DNA of 63,803 nucleotides, counting the filler, from Welwitschia mirabilis (Eukaryota), in the NCBI GenBank assembly GCA_051453625.1. It is 6 parts of one record of this genome, joined end to end, with 100 filler letters (N's around TTAATTAATTAA, not from the genome) between each part and the next. Parts side by side here need not be neighbours in the genome. Positions count along the whole stretch, not along the records: positions 53,865 to 58,041 come from JBOZIK010000001.1; positions 58,142 to 61,111 come from JBOZIK010000001.1; positions 61,212 to 63,803 come from JBOZIK010000001.1; 3 more parts are not named here. The stretch is one strand, 5' to 3'. The position numbers were made by a program, and so were the translations under genes. The notes below the pieces were generated by a model. It saw only the letters and a list, made by a program, of their open reading frames with translations, searched no databases and was not told where the DNA came from. Below are positions 53,865 to 63,803 of this stretch, in pieces (within the stretch, counting starts at the first letter, position 1; each line of letters begins with the position of its first letter).

Positions 53865-56800
53865 AAAGATTTCCAATATACATAGCTAAGAGATAAATGA
53901 CTTTAGGATCCTTTTGGAACTATTTTTAATTATGTTAATCTATTAGATCTAAAGAATTAAGCAATATAATGTTATAACAATTACTATTGTATCTTGGCAT
54001 CTATACTTCTAACCAAAGAAGATCTATCATCTGTATCATCTCTACATTCAAGATCAGCTCCTGTGCTTCATCCATTTTACATCTATAGGAGAAGAGCTAC
54101 ATTAAATCTATTAAATCAAGAATGAGTGATATCTGTGCATATTTAGCATCATTACATCATAAATTTGCATTGTAAAAAGTTGAGACTAAGCCTTGAAAAA
54201 TCCTCTTAAANNNNNNNNNNNNNNNNNNNNNNNNNNNNNNNNNNNNNNNNNNNNNNNNNNNNNNNNNNNNNNNNNNNNNNNNNNNNNNNNNNNNNNNNNN
54301 NNNNNNNNNNATGAGTGATATCTGTGCATATTTAGCATCATTACATCATAAATTTGCATTGTAAAAAGTTGAGAATAAGCCTTGAAAAATCCTCTTAAAG
54401 GTTGAAACTAAGCCTAAAAAAGTTTATTTGTAAAGATTACAAGTAAACTAGAATGCCAGGTGGAGTAATGAACATCTAAGATCTAGCTTGGGGATAAGCT
54501 AATTGTCAAGAGTGAAGTAGGAGTTTCCTGAATCACTATAAATCTTATGTGCATTCATTTAGTATTTTTATGTTTACAGTTGTTATTTTTTCTCTTCTAT
54601 TGTTTTCCTATTTTATGCACGTTTTGGATTAATTAATTATTGTATGCAAGTTTTGTTTAAGATTGGATTTATTTAGAATATTATGTTGTATATTTTTAAA
54701 GAATCTAATAACCCCCTCAGAGTTCTTGATCCTTTCATTTGGTATCAGAGCTAGTTAAGTGTTTTCTTAGATCTTAACTGATCTAGACTTTAGAGCCCCA
54801 TAATAAATATTTAATTTGATGACTTTTCAAATATGTCCTTCCTAGATACTTGTACCTTTATCTGTATATATTAAATAGCATATAAATATATTTTCAAATA
54901 TATTGCAACCAGTGAAAACACACAGAAGTTAAGCAAAAATGATAAAAGAAATGTTCAAAAATCTGACAAAGAAGGGAGACTTTCATTTATGGCACTTGTT
55001 CCTTCTTTACAAAATATGCCCAATCCATTAGATCATGATGACCTTGATGTGATCAATAAAGAATAGGATGAGTTGGAATACTAGGAATGTGAAAAGATTG
55101 GTAAAAGAATAAATGATCTAAATAAGATTATAAAATATCTCATCAAGAAAAAGGAGGAAATGGAATCAAGTTTCAAAAAAATTAAATCAAAAAACTTTGA
55201 TCTCATTCTATAAGTAAAAGAGTTATCTTATTTTGTTAATAAATTTTCAGGTAGATCTATCAAATTAGAATAGATACTTGGAGTTCAAAAACCTATTGAT
55301 AATAAGCCAGGCATTGGCTTCATCCCTCAGAGATAGCAAAATTAGATAACTAGTGATGGTAAGTTATTTTCAAAACTTACTTATCATTTTTGTAGAATAA
55401 TTGATCACTCAAGATGCATATGCAACGCTAAAAAATTAATGTTTTTAAAATCACTTAGTACTTTTCTGTTTAAATTTATTCCTAAAGAAGGTGTATCATG
55501 TAAGTCTACAAAGATTATGTGGTGAAAGATAATGATATTAAAAGTCTTTTAGTTTCAACATCTTTCAAGATTTCAAATAGCACAGGCTAGTATATTAATA
55601 ATGGGTGTTTAAGGCATATGATAGGAAATAAATCCAGATTCAAACAATTAAGCGACTTTAATGGAGGAGAGATGACTTTTAGGAACAATGGAAGAGCAAA
55701 AATAGAAGGCATTAGAAGCACTAGTGGAGGTAATCTTCCTAGAACTAATGAAATTTTATATGTACATGGTTTAAAGCATAATTTATTAAGAATTAGTCAA
55801 ATTTGTAATAAAGGGCACAAGGTAGTTTTTGATAAATTAAAATGTGAAATTTTTCTTCGAAAATCAAATGATCTAATTCTTAGAACAAGTAGAATAAACA
55901 ATGTTCATAGCGTTGATCAATTATTTTCTCTATGTTATTTTTCAAATGTTTCTCAAGAAGAGCTATGGCATAAATGATTAGGTCATGTTAATTATGATTT
56001 ATTAAAAATAATTATTGATAAAAACATTGTGAAAGGAATTCCCAAGATAAATGTAGAAAAATGAGACTTATGTGATGTATGCTAAAAGGAAAAACAAATG
56101 AGGACCTCTTATAAAATTAAAATCCAAATGTGCACATTTATGCCATTAGAGCTTATTCATATAGATCTTGTAGGCCCTGCTCAAACTCAAAGTCTAAGTG
56201 AAGAAATGTTATTTTCTCACCATAGTTCCTGATTTCTCTAGATATACTTGGATAGTCTTCTTTTTAAGTAAATCTGAAGCTTATAAACATTGAATTGAGA
56301 TTTGTAATAAGATTTAAAATGAAAAAGGGGTATACCATAAAGAAAATAAGAAGCGATCATGGTGGTGAATTTGAGAATTATTTTTTTGAAAAATATTGCA
56401 TTGAAAATGGAATTGACCATCAGTTTTCAGCGTTACAAATATCACCAAAAAATGGTATAGTTNNNNNNNNNNNNNNNNNNNNNNNNNNNNNNNNNNNNNN
56501 NNNNNNNNNNNNNNNNNNNNNNNNNNNNNNNNNNNNNNNNNNNNNNNNNATCATAGAATGCTACATTACTAACAAAGTATATCTTAGACCTAGTACTGAA
56601 AAAATAACATATGATTTATGGAAAGGGAGAAAACCTAATGTATTATATTTTAAAGTCCTCAGAAGTAAACACTATGTGCTAAAAGATAGAGAGCATGCAA
56701 GCAAATTCGAGTTTAAGGCAGATAAAGCTATTCTCTTAGATTACTCAACTAGAAGTAGAGCCTATCGTGTTTTCAACAAAATAAGCTTAATGGTGGAAGA

Positions 56801-56993
56801 GTTAATAAATGTGCGAATTAATGAGATTGACACAAGACCAAACTACACAGATGAAAAGAAAGTCATAACTACAAGTATTCCCGAAACCAATGAAGATTCT
56901 ACCAAAAGTAATAAAGTTCTAATAAAAGAAGGCACACCAAAAAAGCCCAAACTTCTTAAAGATCATCCTTTAGAATCCAGTATTAGAGAAGTT
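53865..56993 (+). mobile_element. Sirevirus-like Ty1/Copia element, 5' part: LTR to 54737, PBS, short gag remnant, PR, INT
   Basis: LTR ends AATAACCCCCTC...CCTTTCA, then TT-TGGTATCAGAGC. Reads LE*ILGVQKP..NKPGIGF; YHFCRIIDHSRCIC knuckle; *YINNGCLRHMIG; ELWHK*LGH; PLELIHIDLVGP; IRSDHGGEFEN; LWKGRKPN; SRAYRVFN; KDHPLE. Confidence 0.9.
54740..54751 (+). promoter_or_regulatory. Primer binding site, initiator tRNA-Met
   Basis: Perfect TGGTATCAGAGC 2 nt after the LTR-terminal CA. Confidence 0.95.
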
Positions 56994-58041
56994 TGTTGTG
57001 GTGCATATTTATGCAATGTTTCATGCCTTGATCTAATTCTTGTTAATTATAAATAAGATACACAAACATATCATGCTAGTATAGTTGGGAGTAATCCTAA
57101 TGTCGTAATTCCATTAAAAGCCAATAGTATGGAAAATAAAGAGTTGCTTTCATAAGAAAATTGTGTAATCCTAATCTACTGAAATAAACTACAATGCATG
57201 AAATTAAAATAAATGTACTTATGCAAAACTAATCTAAGAAAAGAAACAACAATGCACCTAAACTAATCAAGCTCAATCTTGATAAAGGATGCCCTCATAA
57301 TCTATAGAATAGAAGAAACCTATCACGAATCTTAAACAATATAAACTATGAGGGATAAGTTCCTATATATATTGAACAAAAAAGGATAATTCATATTAAA
57401 AGCATAAAAGGCATCTTTATCATAAAGTAGTCATTCCTCAATGGAGGATACACTACCCAACACCAAGGTAGCATCTTTCTGGATTACAAGATTGTTCTCT
57501 GGTCTCAAGATCTCTTATCACGAGTATATCAGGTACTATCAAAGATGATTAGGGACTGAAGGGGAGACCTTTATTTATAGATAGAAAGGAAAGGGAAACT
57601 GACAAAGAAGTAGAGGAGAAACCTTAGCTTACATGCAAAGTAAAGTCGCAAACAAGTGGTAATAGTTTAGGAAAATATTCGGTAAAAGTATAAGAGAACA
57701 GTGTCATCCTTCTGATCATCCGGACAAAGGAGGAGACGATAGAGACTAACAATGAGATATTTGTTTAGCTCCTAGTCTAACTACTCATCAACTGCATGTG
57801 AACTTATTATCTCTCTGTTTTAGATATCATCCACTGGTGACGTCTAAATGATGAGGTGGACGACAGGCATTTTATATATATTCAGTTAGTTTGATCACTT
57901 GTTGTTTGCGGGAATTATTATCCAAAATATCATTTATCCATATCTACATAAGATGCTTGTAATTTATCTGAAAACTGCATGTTTTCATTCTCTTCATCTC
58001 AGTTCTTAATTATCATAAGAACTAAGAATTTATCTATTAAT
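56994..58041 (-). repeat. Family A LTR (3' or solo) inserted in the Copia pol; other end lost in a gap
   Basis: TGTTGTGGTGCATATTTATGC... matches 1818-1876, and 57780-58041 matches 2540-2925. No PBS lies next to it. Confidence 0.85.
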
Positions 58042-58141
58042 NNNNNNNNNNNNNNNNNNNNNNNNNNNNNNNNNNNNNNNNNNNNTTAATTAATTAANNN
58101 NNNNNNNNNNNNNNNNNNNNNNNNNNNNNNNNNNNNNNNNN

Positions 58142-58455
58142 ATACTTGAGTACACCTTTTACACAATAAGTTAACCTTTAAATGGTTAAGTCTTTATCTT
58201 ATATAAAAAATGTATTCTAATGGCTCAATTAAAATATCCAAAATTTAAACACTAATAAAATTTAAAAAGTTAATGTACAAAGGTTAAAAATTTATGAGTC
58301 ATCTACTGATGAAACCTTGAACATGATAGAAGTAATTATTTTAGAAGCCCCTCTCAATGAGGAGGACCTTCCTCTTACCATTAACTTAATTCTCTCTTAA
58401 CTTATTCCTTAGATAAACATCATGCTATTACTTGAATATCTTTAACTTAACTTAT
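58142..58455 (+). pseudogene. Integrase C-terminal fragment of another family A copy
   Basis: Aligns with 3868-4147 (GATGAAACCTTGAACATGATAGAAG...TTTTAGAAGCCCCTCT). Confidence 0.8.
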
Positions 58456-61111
58456 TGTTATGATCCCAAATTTTTAAGTTTTAATGGTGTAATTAGCAAT
58501 ATTTTATAGGAAAATAAGAACTCAATTCAGTTATTTTTAGGCATTCTATCATGAATTATTTAATAGTATAATTATGATATGAAATGCCATATTTTCATCT
58601 AGAAGGGCAGGACTTCAACTAAGAAACAAAATGGAGTAAAAAGTGGAGAAAAAGACTAAGAAAATGGATGTCATCCCATGTGTCATCCCAATGACATAGG
58701 GAATGACAACATGCAAAATTACATTTGAAGGAGGCTATTAAGGCTAATGTTATTAGGCTAACATGGCTTGCTAATGTGGCCATCATGGGCTTTATTGTCC
58801 TCACAACACAAGAGATGACATAGCTGAATTCAAATACCAATAAGATTCTGATGTGACAAGTTGTGATTGGATGATGAAAGAGTGTCATGCCCCTAGTCAT
58901 GCCCATGAAAATAGTGACACGACAGTGCCATAACTTATTCCTAATCGAGTTAATTAGGGTTTAGTTTATTCCTAATAATTCCTTTTTTCTTGTACTGATC
59001 TTCCTGACTTGTAATCATCTTAGGAAAGCTATTAAAACCCCCCATTTATTATCATTTGATTATCTTTTAACATTGGAAAATTGGTGATAAAAAGCATCCA
59101 AGGAGTTAAGGGTCCAAGTCAGTATAGGATAGATCGTTCTTAGTGTGAAGGCTATGTTTCTGACATTGAGGAGTTACTACCTTATTGAGGTATTGTAAGA
59201 CATTCATTGATTTATAAAAATGTCTTTCTTCTTCTATTCTTATGATATCTCTTATGATTTATGTTGAAATTTAATTAATATTATTTCTTAGATTAATTTC
59301 TAATTAGAAATAGATCATAAGGGCTGAGTTGGGTGATAACGACTTAGAAAACTGATTATCATAAGCTTGCATTTCATTTCTCTTTTATACTTTGCATTGC
59401 ACATTATAATAGTTACATTGTCAATTTTCTGTTTGCATGATAAAAACACAAAATTGATTTCAACATTTGATTGAAATTTAAATTACATCCTTTTTTATTT
59501 ATGTGCTTAATTATATTATTTCCTTATGCTCTCTAGATTACGACATTCATTGGTTAATTCACTCTATACTAAGCCTAATTACAATTTCCTTGTTTATAGC
59601 ATTAATTACTTTTGAAGTGCAAATTTAGGTTACCAACATTTCGGCGCCATTGTTAAGAAGCATCAGAACAGGCTGTCAAGTGAATTCAAATCAAAAGTAA
59701 GTAGATTGAATTGGTGTTATTATTAGTTCTATTTACTTTTGGTTTTTTTAATCTAATAACTATTGGTGCAATCTACTTACTTTAAGGATATTACCTAAAG
59801 AAATCTACCTACCCTTTGATCAAAGGTGAGATTATCTCTAAGGTTTACCCCTATCCAAGTAAGATTATTCACCTTTAGAGGATAATACATTATTCTCANN
59901 NNNNNNNNNNNNNNNNNNNNNNNNNNNNNNNNNNNNNNNNNNNNNNNNNNNNNNNNNNNNNNNNNNNNNNNNNNNNNNNNNNNNNNNNNNNNNNNNNNNN
60001 NNNNNNNNNNNNNNNNNNNNNNNNNNNNNNNNNNNNNNNNNNNNNNNNNNNNNNNNNNNNNNNNNNNNNNNNNNNNNNNNNNCAATGGTTTTGAGTTAAA
60101 AGGTTGGAATTTGTAGGTTAAGCAAGGGAATGCCATCAAAATCTAAAGAGAAAAAGGTATGTTTTCAATGTGAAAAGAAATTTTTAAAAGAGGCAATTCA
60201 AGAAGGTATTCAAATTTATAATTCAAGAACTAGAGATAAGCAACTTTTTATTTTTGAATTTGGTTAATCTAATTTACTAAAAGAGAGCAATTTACATTAT
60301 AAAAGTTTTTCATTTAGTTCATCTTCTAAAATTTTTAAGTCCCCTCTTGAATCAAAAATCACCTCTTCTATTACAAGTTCTTTCAGGCTTAATTTCAATT
60401 TTTCTGCAAGTAAAGTTTCAACTTCGCATTCTTTGAATAATAATCATGTAATTAAAAATCTCACAATTGCCATAATGTCCATAATTTCTAATGGTTTCCA
60501 ATCAACTCTTAAAGATAAATATGGATCAAAACTTAGAGAAACTCATAATTATTTTGGCCTTCCTATTGGAGATAATATAGAAATTAAAAATCTTAGTGCC
60601 TACTCCTCTTTTTATGGAGAAATTCATGAAGATCCTTATGAACACATTGCTATCATTAAACAATTGAATCTCATTTGTAATGGAAAGAAACATATAACTG
60701 ATAGGAATTACATGGTAGTGTTACCTTATACATTAAGTGGAAAAGCAAAAAACTGGCTTAAAACCTTTCCCCACAAAATTCTCAAAACTTAAAAGGCTAT
60801 CAAAGAAAGCTTCATTAAACGATTCCTGAGTGGGAACACTTTGAGATAAAGACATCGTGAGGTAATAAATTTTCAATAGAAAGATAATGAGGATTATGCT
60901 TCATTTTGGGAAAGATTTCTGATTTTAGTTTCAGCCAATCCCATAGATGAATTTCAAGAAGAAGAGTTAATTTACCATTTCTACAATGGCCTTACTAGTG
61001 CAACAAAACAAATGGTAGATCTTTCTTGTGAAGAGAGTTTATTTCAACACACAACTGAAGAAGCATGGCAACATTTGCAAGACCTAGTTGAACTTAGCCA
61101 AGCATGGCCTA
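58456..61111 (+). mobile_element. 5' part of a family A-related Gypsy element: LTR 58456-59638, PBS 59642-59659, gag ~60430-61111
   Basis: LTR TGTTATG...TACCAACA; PBS CGGCGCCATTGTTAAGAA. Gag reads FYGEIHEDPYEHI...LPYTLSGKAKNWL...FQ*KDNEDYASFWERF...FYNGLTSATKQMVDLSC. Confidence 0.85.
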
Positions 61112-61211
61112 NNNNNNNNNNNNNNNNNNNNNNNNNNNNNNNNNNNNNNNNNNNNTTAATTAATTAANNNNNNNNNNNNNNNNNNNNNNNNNNNNNNNNN
61201 NNNNNNNNNNN

Positions 61212-61340
61212 AGGTGGATACCGTATAGCGAACACTTTTAGCCACTGTGTGGGATTTGAGTCTTTAGAACACTTATTCTAGGCTTGTCCAATCGTGAGGG
61301 AGGTTTGGAGAGGGGCTAACCCAGAGCTAGATTAAGCGTA
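61212..61340 (+). pseudogene. LINE (L1-type) ORF2 zf-RVT fragment
   Basis: Reads GGYRIANTFSHCVGFESLEHLF*ACPIVREVWRG, matching the plant LINE motif CxxC...E[ST]xxHLFxxCP...VW. Confidence 0.7.
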
Positions 61341-61439
61341 ATTAATTTGTACTCCAAGAAAATTTATTGATACAATCTTATGGTTTATTTGCGTGACCGG
61401 TAATCAAAAGGTTTTCTACAATATGAGCGGGAACATCGA

Positions 61440-62111
61440 GGTCGTCAGATGAAAAAACAAAAGGAAAATTTTGTCGATCTCAGTGCTGAGGAGAATGGAG
61501 CGACATTTGCAGCATGAGTTGGGGAATAGGGAGAAATTTAGCAACAATGAGGAGCTATGGAGAAGAATCATGGCCATAGGATGGCAGCCGCTAGCTGAAT
61601 TAAAAGGGGACCCCACACGTTTTGTCAAGCAAAGTGATGGTGTGAGACAAACTGGTGGTAGGATGGAGCGGCGCCCCATCACCTAGTGGCGACAGGATTA
61701 CAAGAAGAGGGGGAACGTCTACTGCCCTCCTTCATAGGATTTGCTGCCCCCTTCAAAGGATTCAATGACACAGACAGATTCTTTAAGCAAAGAGCGCCAC
61801 AAACTAAAAAGGGCTTTATTTGGAAATCTGAGCTTTTTGAGCCCTAGAAAACTATTGTTGAGTTCGTTGATAGCTATCTTGTGCAAGAGGGAAACCACTC
61901 AAAGTTGATGGGCCTGCACTTTAATTTCTTGCTTGCCCTCGGAGATGGGAGAAAGGCGAACCTGCCATTCTTCCTGGCAGAGAGGCTAAAAAGTAATGTG
62001 TGAAAGCAGTATTCAAGACTAGTTAAGAGACTTGTACAATTCATAAAGGCTAAAGTTCCATTGAGCAAGGCTCCCACCCAAGGGTATGCAGAGGAGGACC
62101 AAAGAGGTAGA
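61440..62111 (+). pseudogene. Frameshifted remnant of a retroelement accessory (env-like / putative plant transposon protein) ORF
   Basis: GC-richer and coding-like: EELWRRIMAIGWQPLAELKG..., FVDSYLVQEGNHSKLMGLHFNFLLALGDGRKANLPFFLAERLK, LVKRLVQFIK. The family assignment is recalled resemblance only. Confidence 0.45.
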
Positions 62112-62784
62112 TGTTGATATGTGAAGACAACTATATTATTTATATTATAATGTTATGTTTTAACATTGACCCTATTTAAAGTTGTAAAAGGGGATTGGCT
62201 TGAAACCCTAACCCTAGGGGTATATAAACCTCATAAAGGGTTGTTTGTTATGTCTGGACACATGTGCTCCTAATCAATCAATAGAGCTATGCATTGCTTC
62301 TCCTGGACATAGGGTAACAAGAGCCCGAACCACGTAAATTTTGTGTTGTTCCTTTTGTGTGCCTGTTGTTCCATTTTGTTGAAGTACTTTCTTGTTGTTA
62401 AATTTGCAACAAGTGGTGGAACAGAGAGTGTAGACCTATTTGCATCCTTTTCTTTTGAAGGTAGTCTAGGTCGGGATTGAAAAGGGAGGGTTGTTGATAT
62501 GTGAAGCCAGATATATTATTTCTATTGTAATGTTATGTTTCAACATTGACACCCTATTTAAAGTTGTAAAAGGGATTGGCTTGTAACCCTAACCCTAGGG
62601 CTATATAAAGCTATTAGAGGGTTATTTGTTTTATCCGGACAAATTTGCTCCTAATCAATCAATAGAGCTCTGCATTGCTTCTCGTGGACGTAGGGTAAAA
62701 AGAGCCCAAACTATGTAAGTTCTGTGTTGTTCCTTTTGTGTGCCTGCTGTTCCATTTTGTTTAAGTACTTTCATTTTGCAAACA
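62112..62784 (+). mobile_element. TRIM-like unit: LTR 62112-62411, 80-bp interior, LTR 62492-62784
   Basis: Two ~300-bp direct repeats TGTTGATATG...TTGCA(A)ACA. The interior begins AG-TGGTGGAACAGAG and ends in the purine tract GAAAAGGGAGGG. The LTRs carry the GTGGACGTAGG...CCGAACCACGTAAAT signature of Tork/Tnt1-like Copia LTRs and a TATATAAA box. Confidence 0.85.
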
Positions 62785-63803
62785 ACAGACAAACTTTTGA
62801 GCCCAAAAAATTGGGGTGTGTGGAAAATCTTGATAGAAGGCGTTCTACAACAAAAGGGATGTAAGCTTACTCTAAAGACAAATGCACAAGCAAAGGCAAA
62901 TCTAAAGATGGACGATGCTGCTTGGTTGGCCTTCATGCCAGATGCCGAATGGGACAAGATAGATTCCAATGCCTTGTCTTTCATTCGCCCCTATCTCAGC
63001 GATAGCATTTTGAAGGCTCATTCAAAAGTTCTGACTATGCAGGAACTCTGGCAAAAGTTGAAAGACCAGTATGATCAACCTTCTATAATAAATAGGTATG
63101 TAGTCCTTAGCCATGCTTTTACTACAAAGATGAAGGAAGGAACAAAATTTTTGAGTCATTTGGATGAGATACAAAACATATTTTCACAAATCGATGATCT
63201 TGGAATTTCATTTACGAAAGAGATGCACATTACTACTATTTTGATTTCATTGCCTCAACGCTAGTCGATTATTGTAACTCCGATTTTAACGTCTGCTAGT
63301 AAGAAAAGTTTGACACTCAACTTATAGCAATGTTATTGGATATAGAAAAGCAAAATGCATTTGGTTCTTCCAATAGCAAGAAACAAGAAGAGGCTTTGGC
63401 AACTCATAGAGGACGTTTGCAATTTAGGGGAGGACATGATAGAAGCAAGAGCACAACTAGATCCCAAGGCAAGGACATTGTCTGCCATTACTACAAGAAG
63501 AAAGAACATATGATAAAAGATTACTGAAAGCTTAAAGTCAAACGTAAGAAGACAGATGAAAAGAACAAGGACGCCTCTAGTTTTGCTCCACCTTCGAATA
63601 GTGAAGCTGACATTGCTCTATTAACGCAAAGAGGAGATGTTAATGTCTCTGTGTACTCAGTTTCAGAGGTTTGGATAATGATACTAGTGCCTCATTTCAT
63701 GTTTGCCCAAGTAAAGCATTCTTTTCTTCTTATGAACTTGTTGTCGACGGTTCATCTGTTTGGTTGGGAGATGATCGCAAGTATGAGATCAATGTCAAAG
63801 GAA
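62785..63803 (+). pseudogene. Tork/Tnt1-like Copia gag, zinc knuckle and protease start (stops and frameshifts; runs off the window)
   Basis: Reads KNWGVWKILIEGVL; DSNALSFIRPYLSDSIL; ELWQKLKDQY; MKEGTKFLSHLDE; LISLP; RGR...RSKS; CHYYKKKEHMIKDY; W..DTSASFHVCP. Confidence 0.9.

Noticed and set aside
54122..54399. Near-perfect ~88-bp direct repeat
   Set aside because: The copies flank a 100-N gap exactly and differ by about one base; most likely an unmerged contig overlap.
15447..61167. Five identical TTAATTAATTAA motifs resembling a dispersed repeat
   Set aside because: Each is centred in a 100-nt N spacer, so it is an assembly linker rather than biology.
62203..62216. AAACCCTAACCCTA as an interstitial telomere
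   Set aside because: Only two units, located just upstream of the TATA box in both LTR copies; at most a telo-box-like promoter motif.
62112..62784. Cassandra-type TRIM carrying 5S rRNA sequence
   Set aside because: I see no 5S A-box or C-box similarity in the LTRs.

Overview
AT-rich, gappy scaffold sequence from a plant nuclear genome, made almost entirely of decayed, nested retrotransposons. I found no intact host gene, RNA gene or CRISPR array. Five artificial N44-TTAATTAATTAA-N44 joins split the window into six pieces whose adjacency may not be real. Most of the DNA comes from two lineages of non-chromoviral (Athila-like) Ty3/Gypsy elements with tRNA-Asp primer sites: family A (~1.2 kb LTRs, TGTT...AACA) and family B (~1.2-1.4 kb LTRs). 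Also present are Sirevirus-like and other Ty1/Copia remnants, pieces of a very long repeat that is probably an LTR, a LINE zf-RVT fragment and an env-like accessory ORF remnant. Notable structures: a roughly six-layer nested stack (18.6-46.3 kb); a two-LTR, pol-less element inserted in the pol of a related element (24636-31052); a 673-bp LTR-80 bp-LTR TRIM-like unit with an odd primer site, joined directly to a Copia gag (62112-63803); CpG-decayed palindrome arrays in LTRs; and heavy C>T/G>A erosion that extends beyond CpG. All calls come from motif recognition and alignment by eye. I cannot support a wholly new biological system from this sequence.
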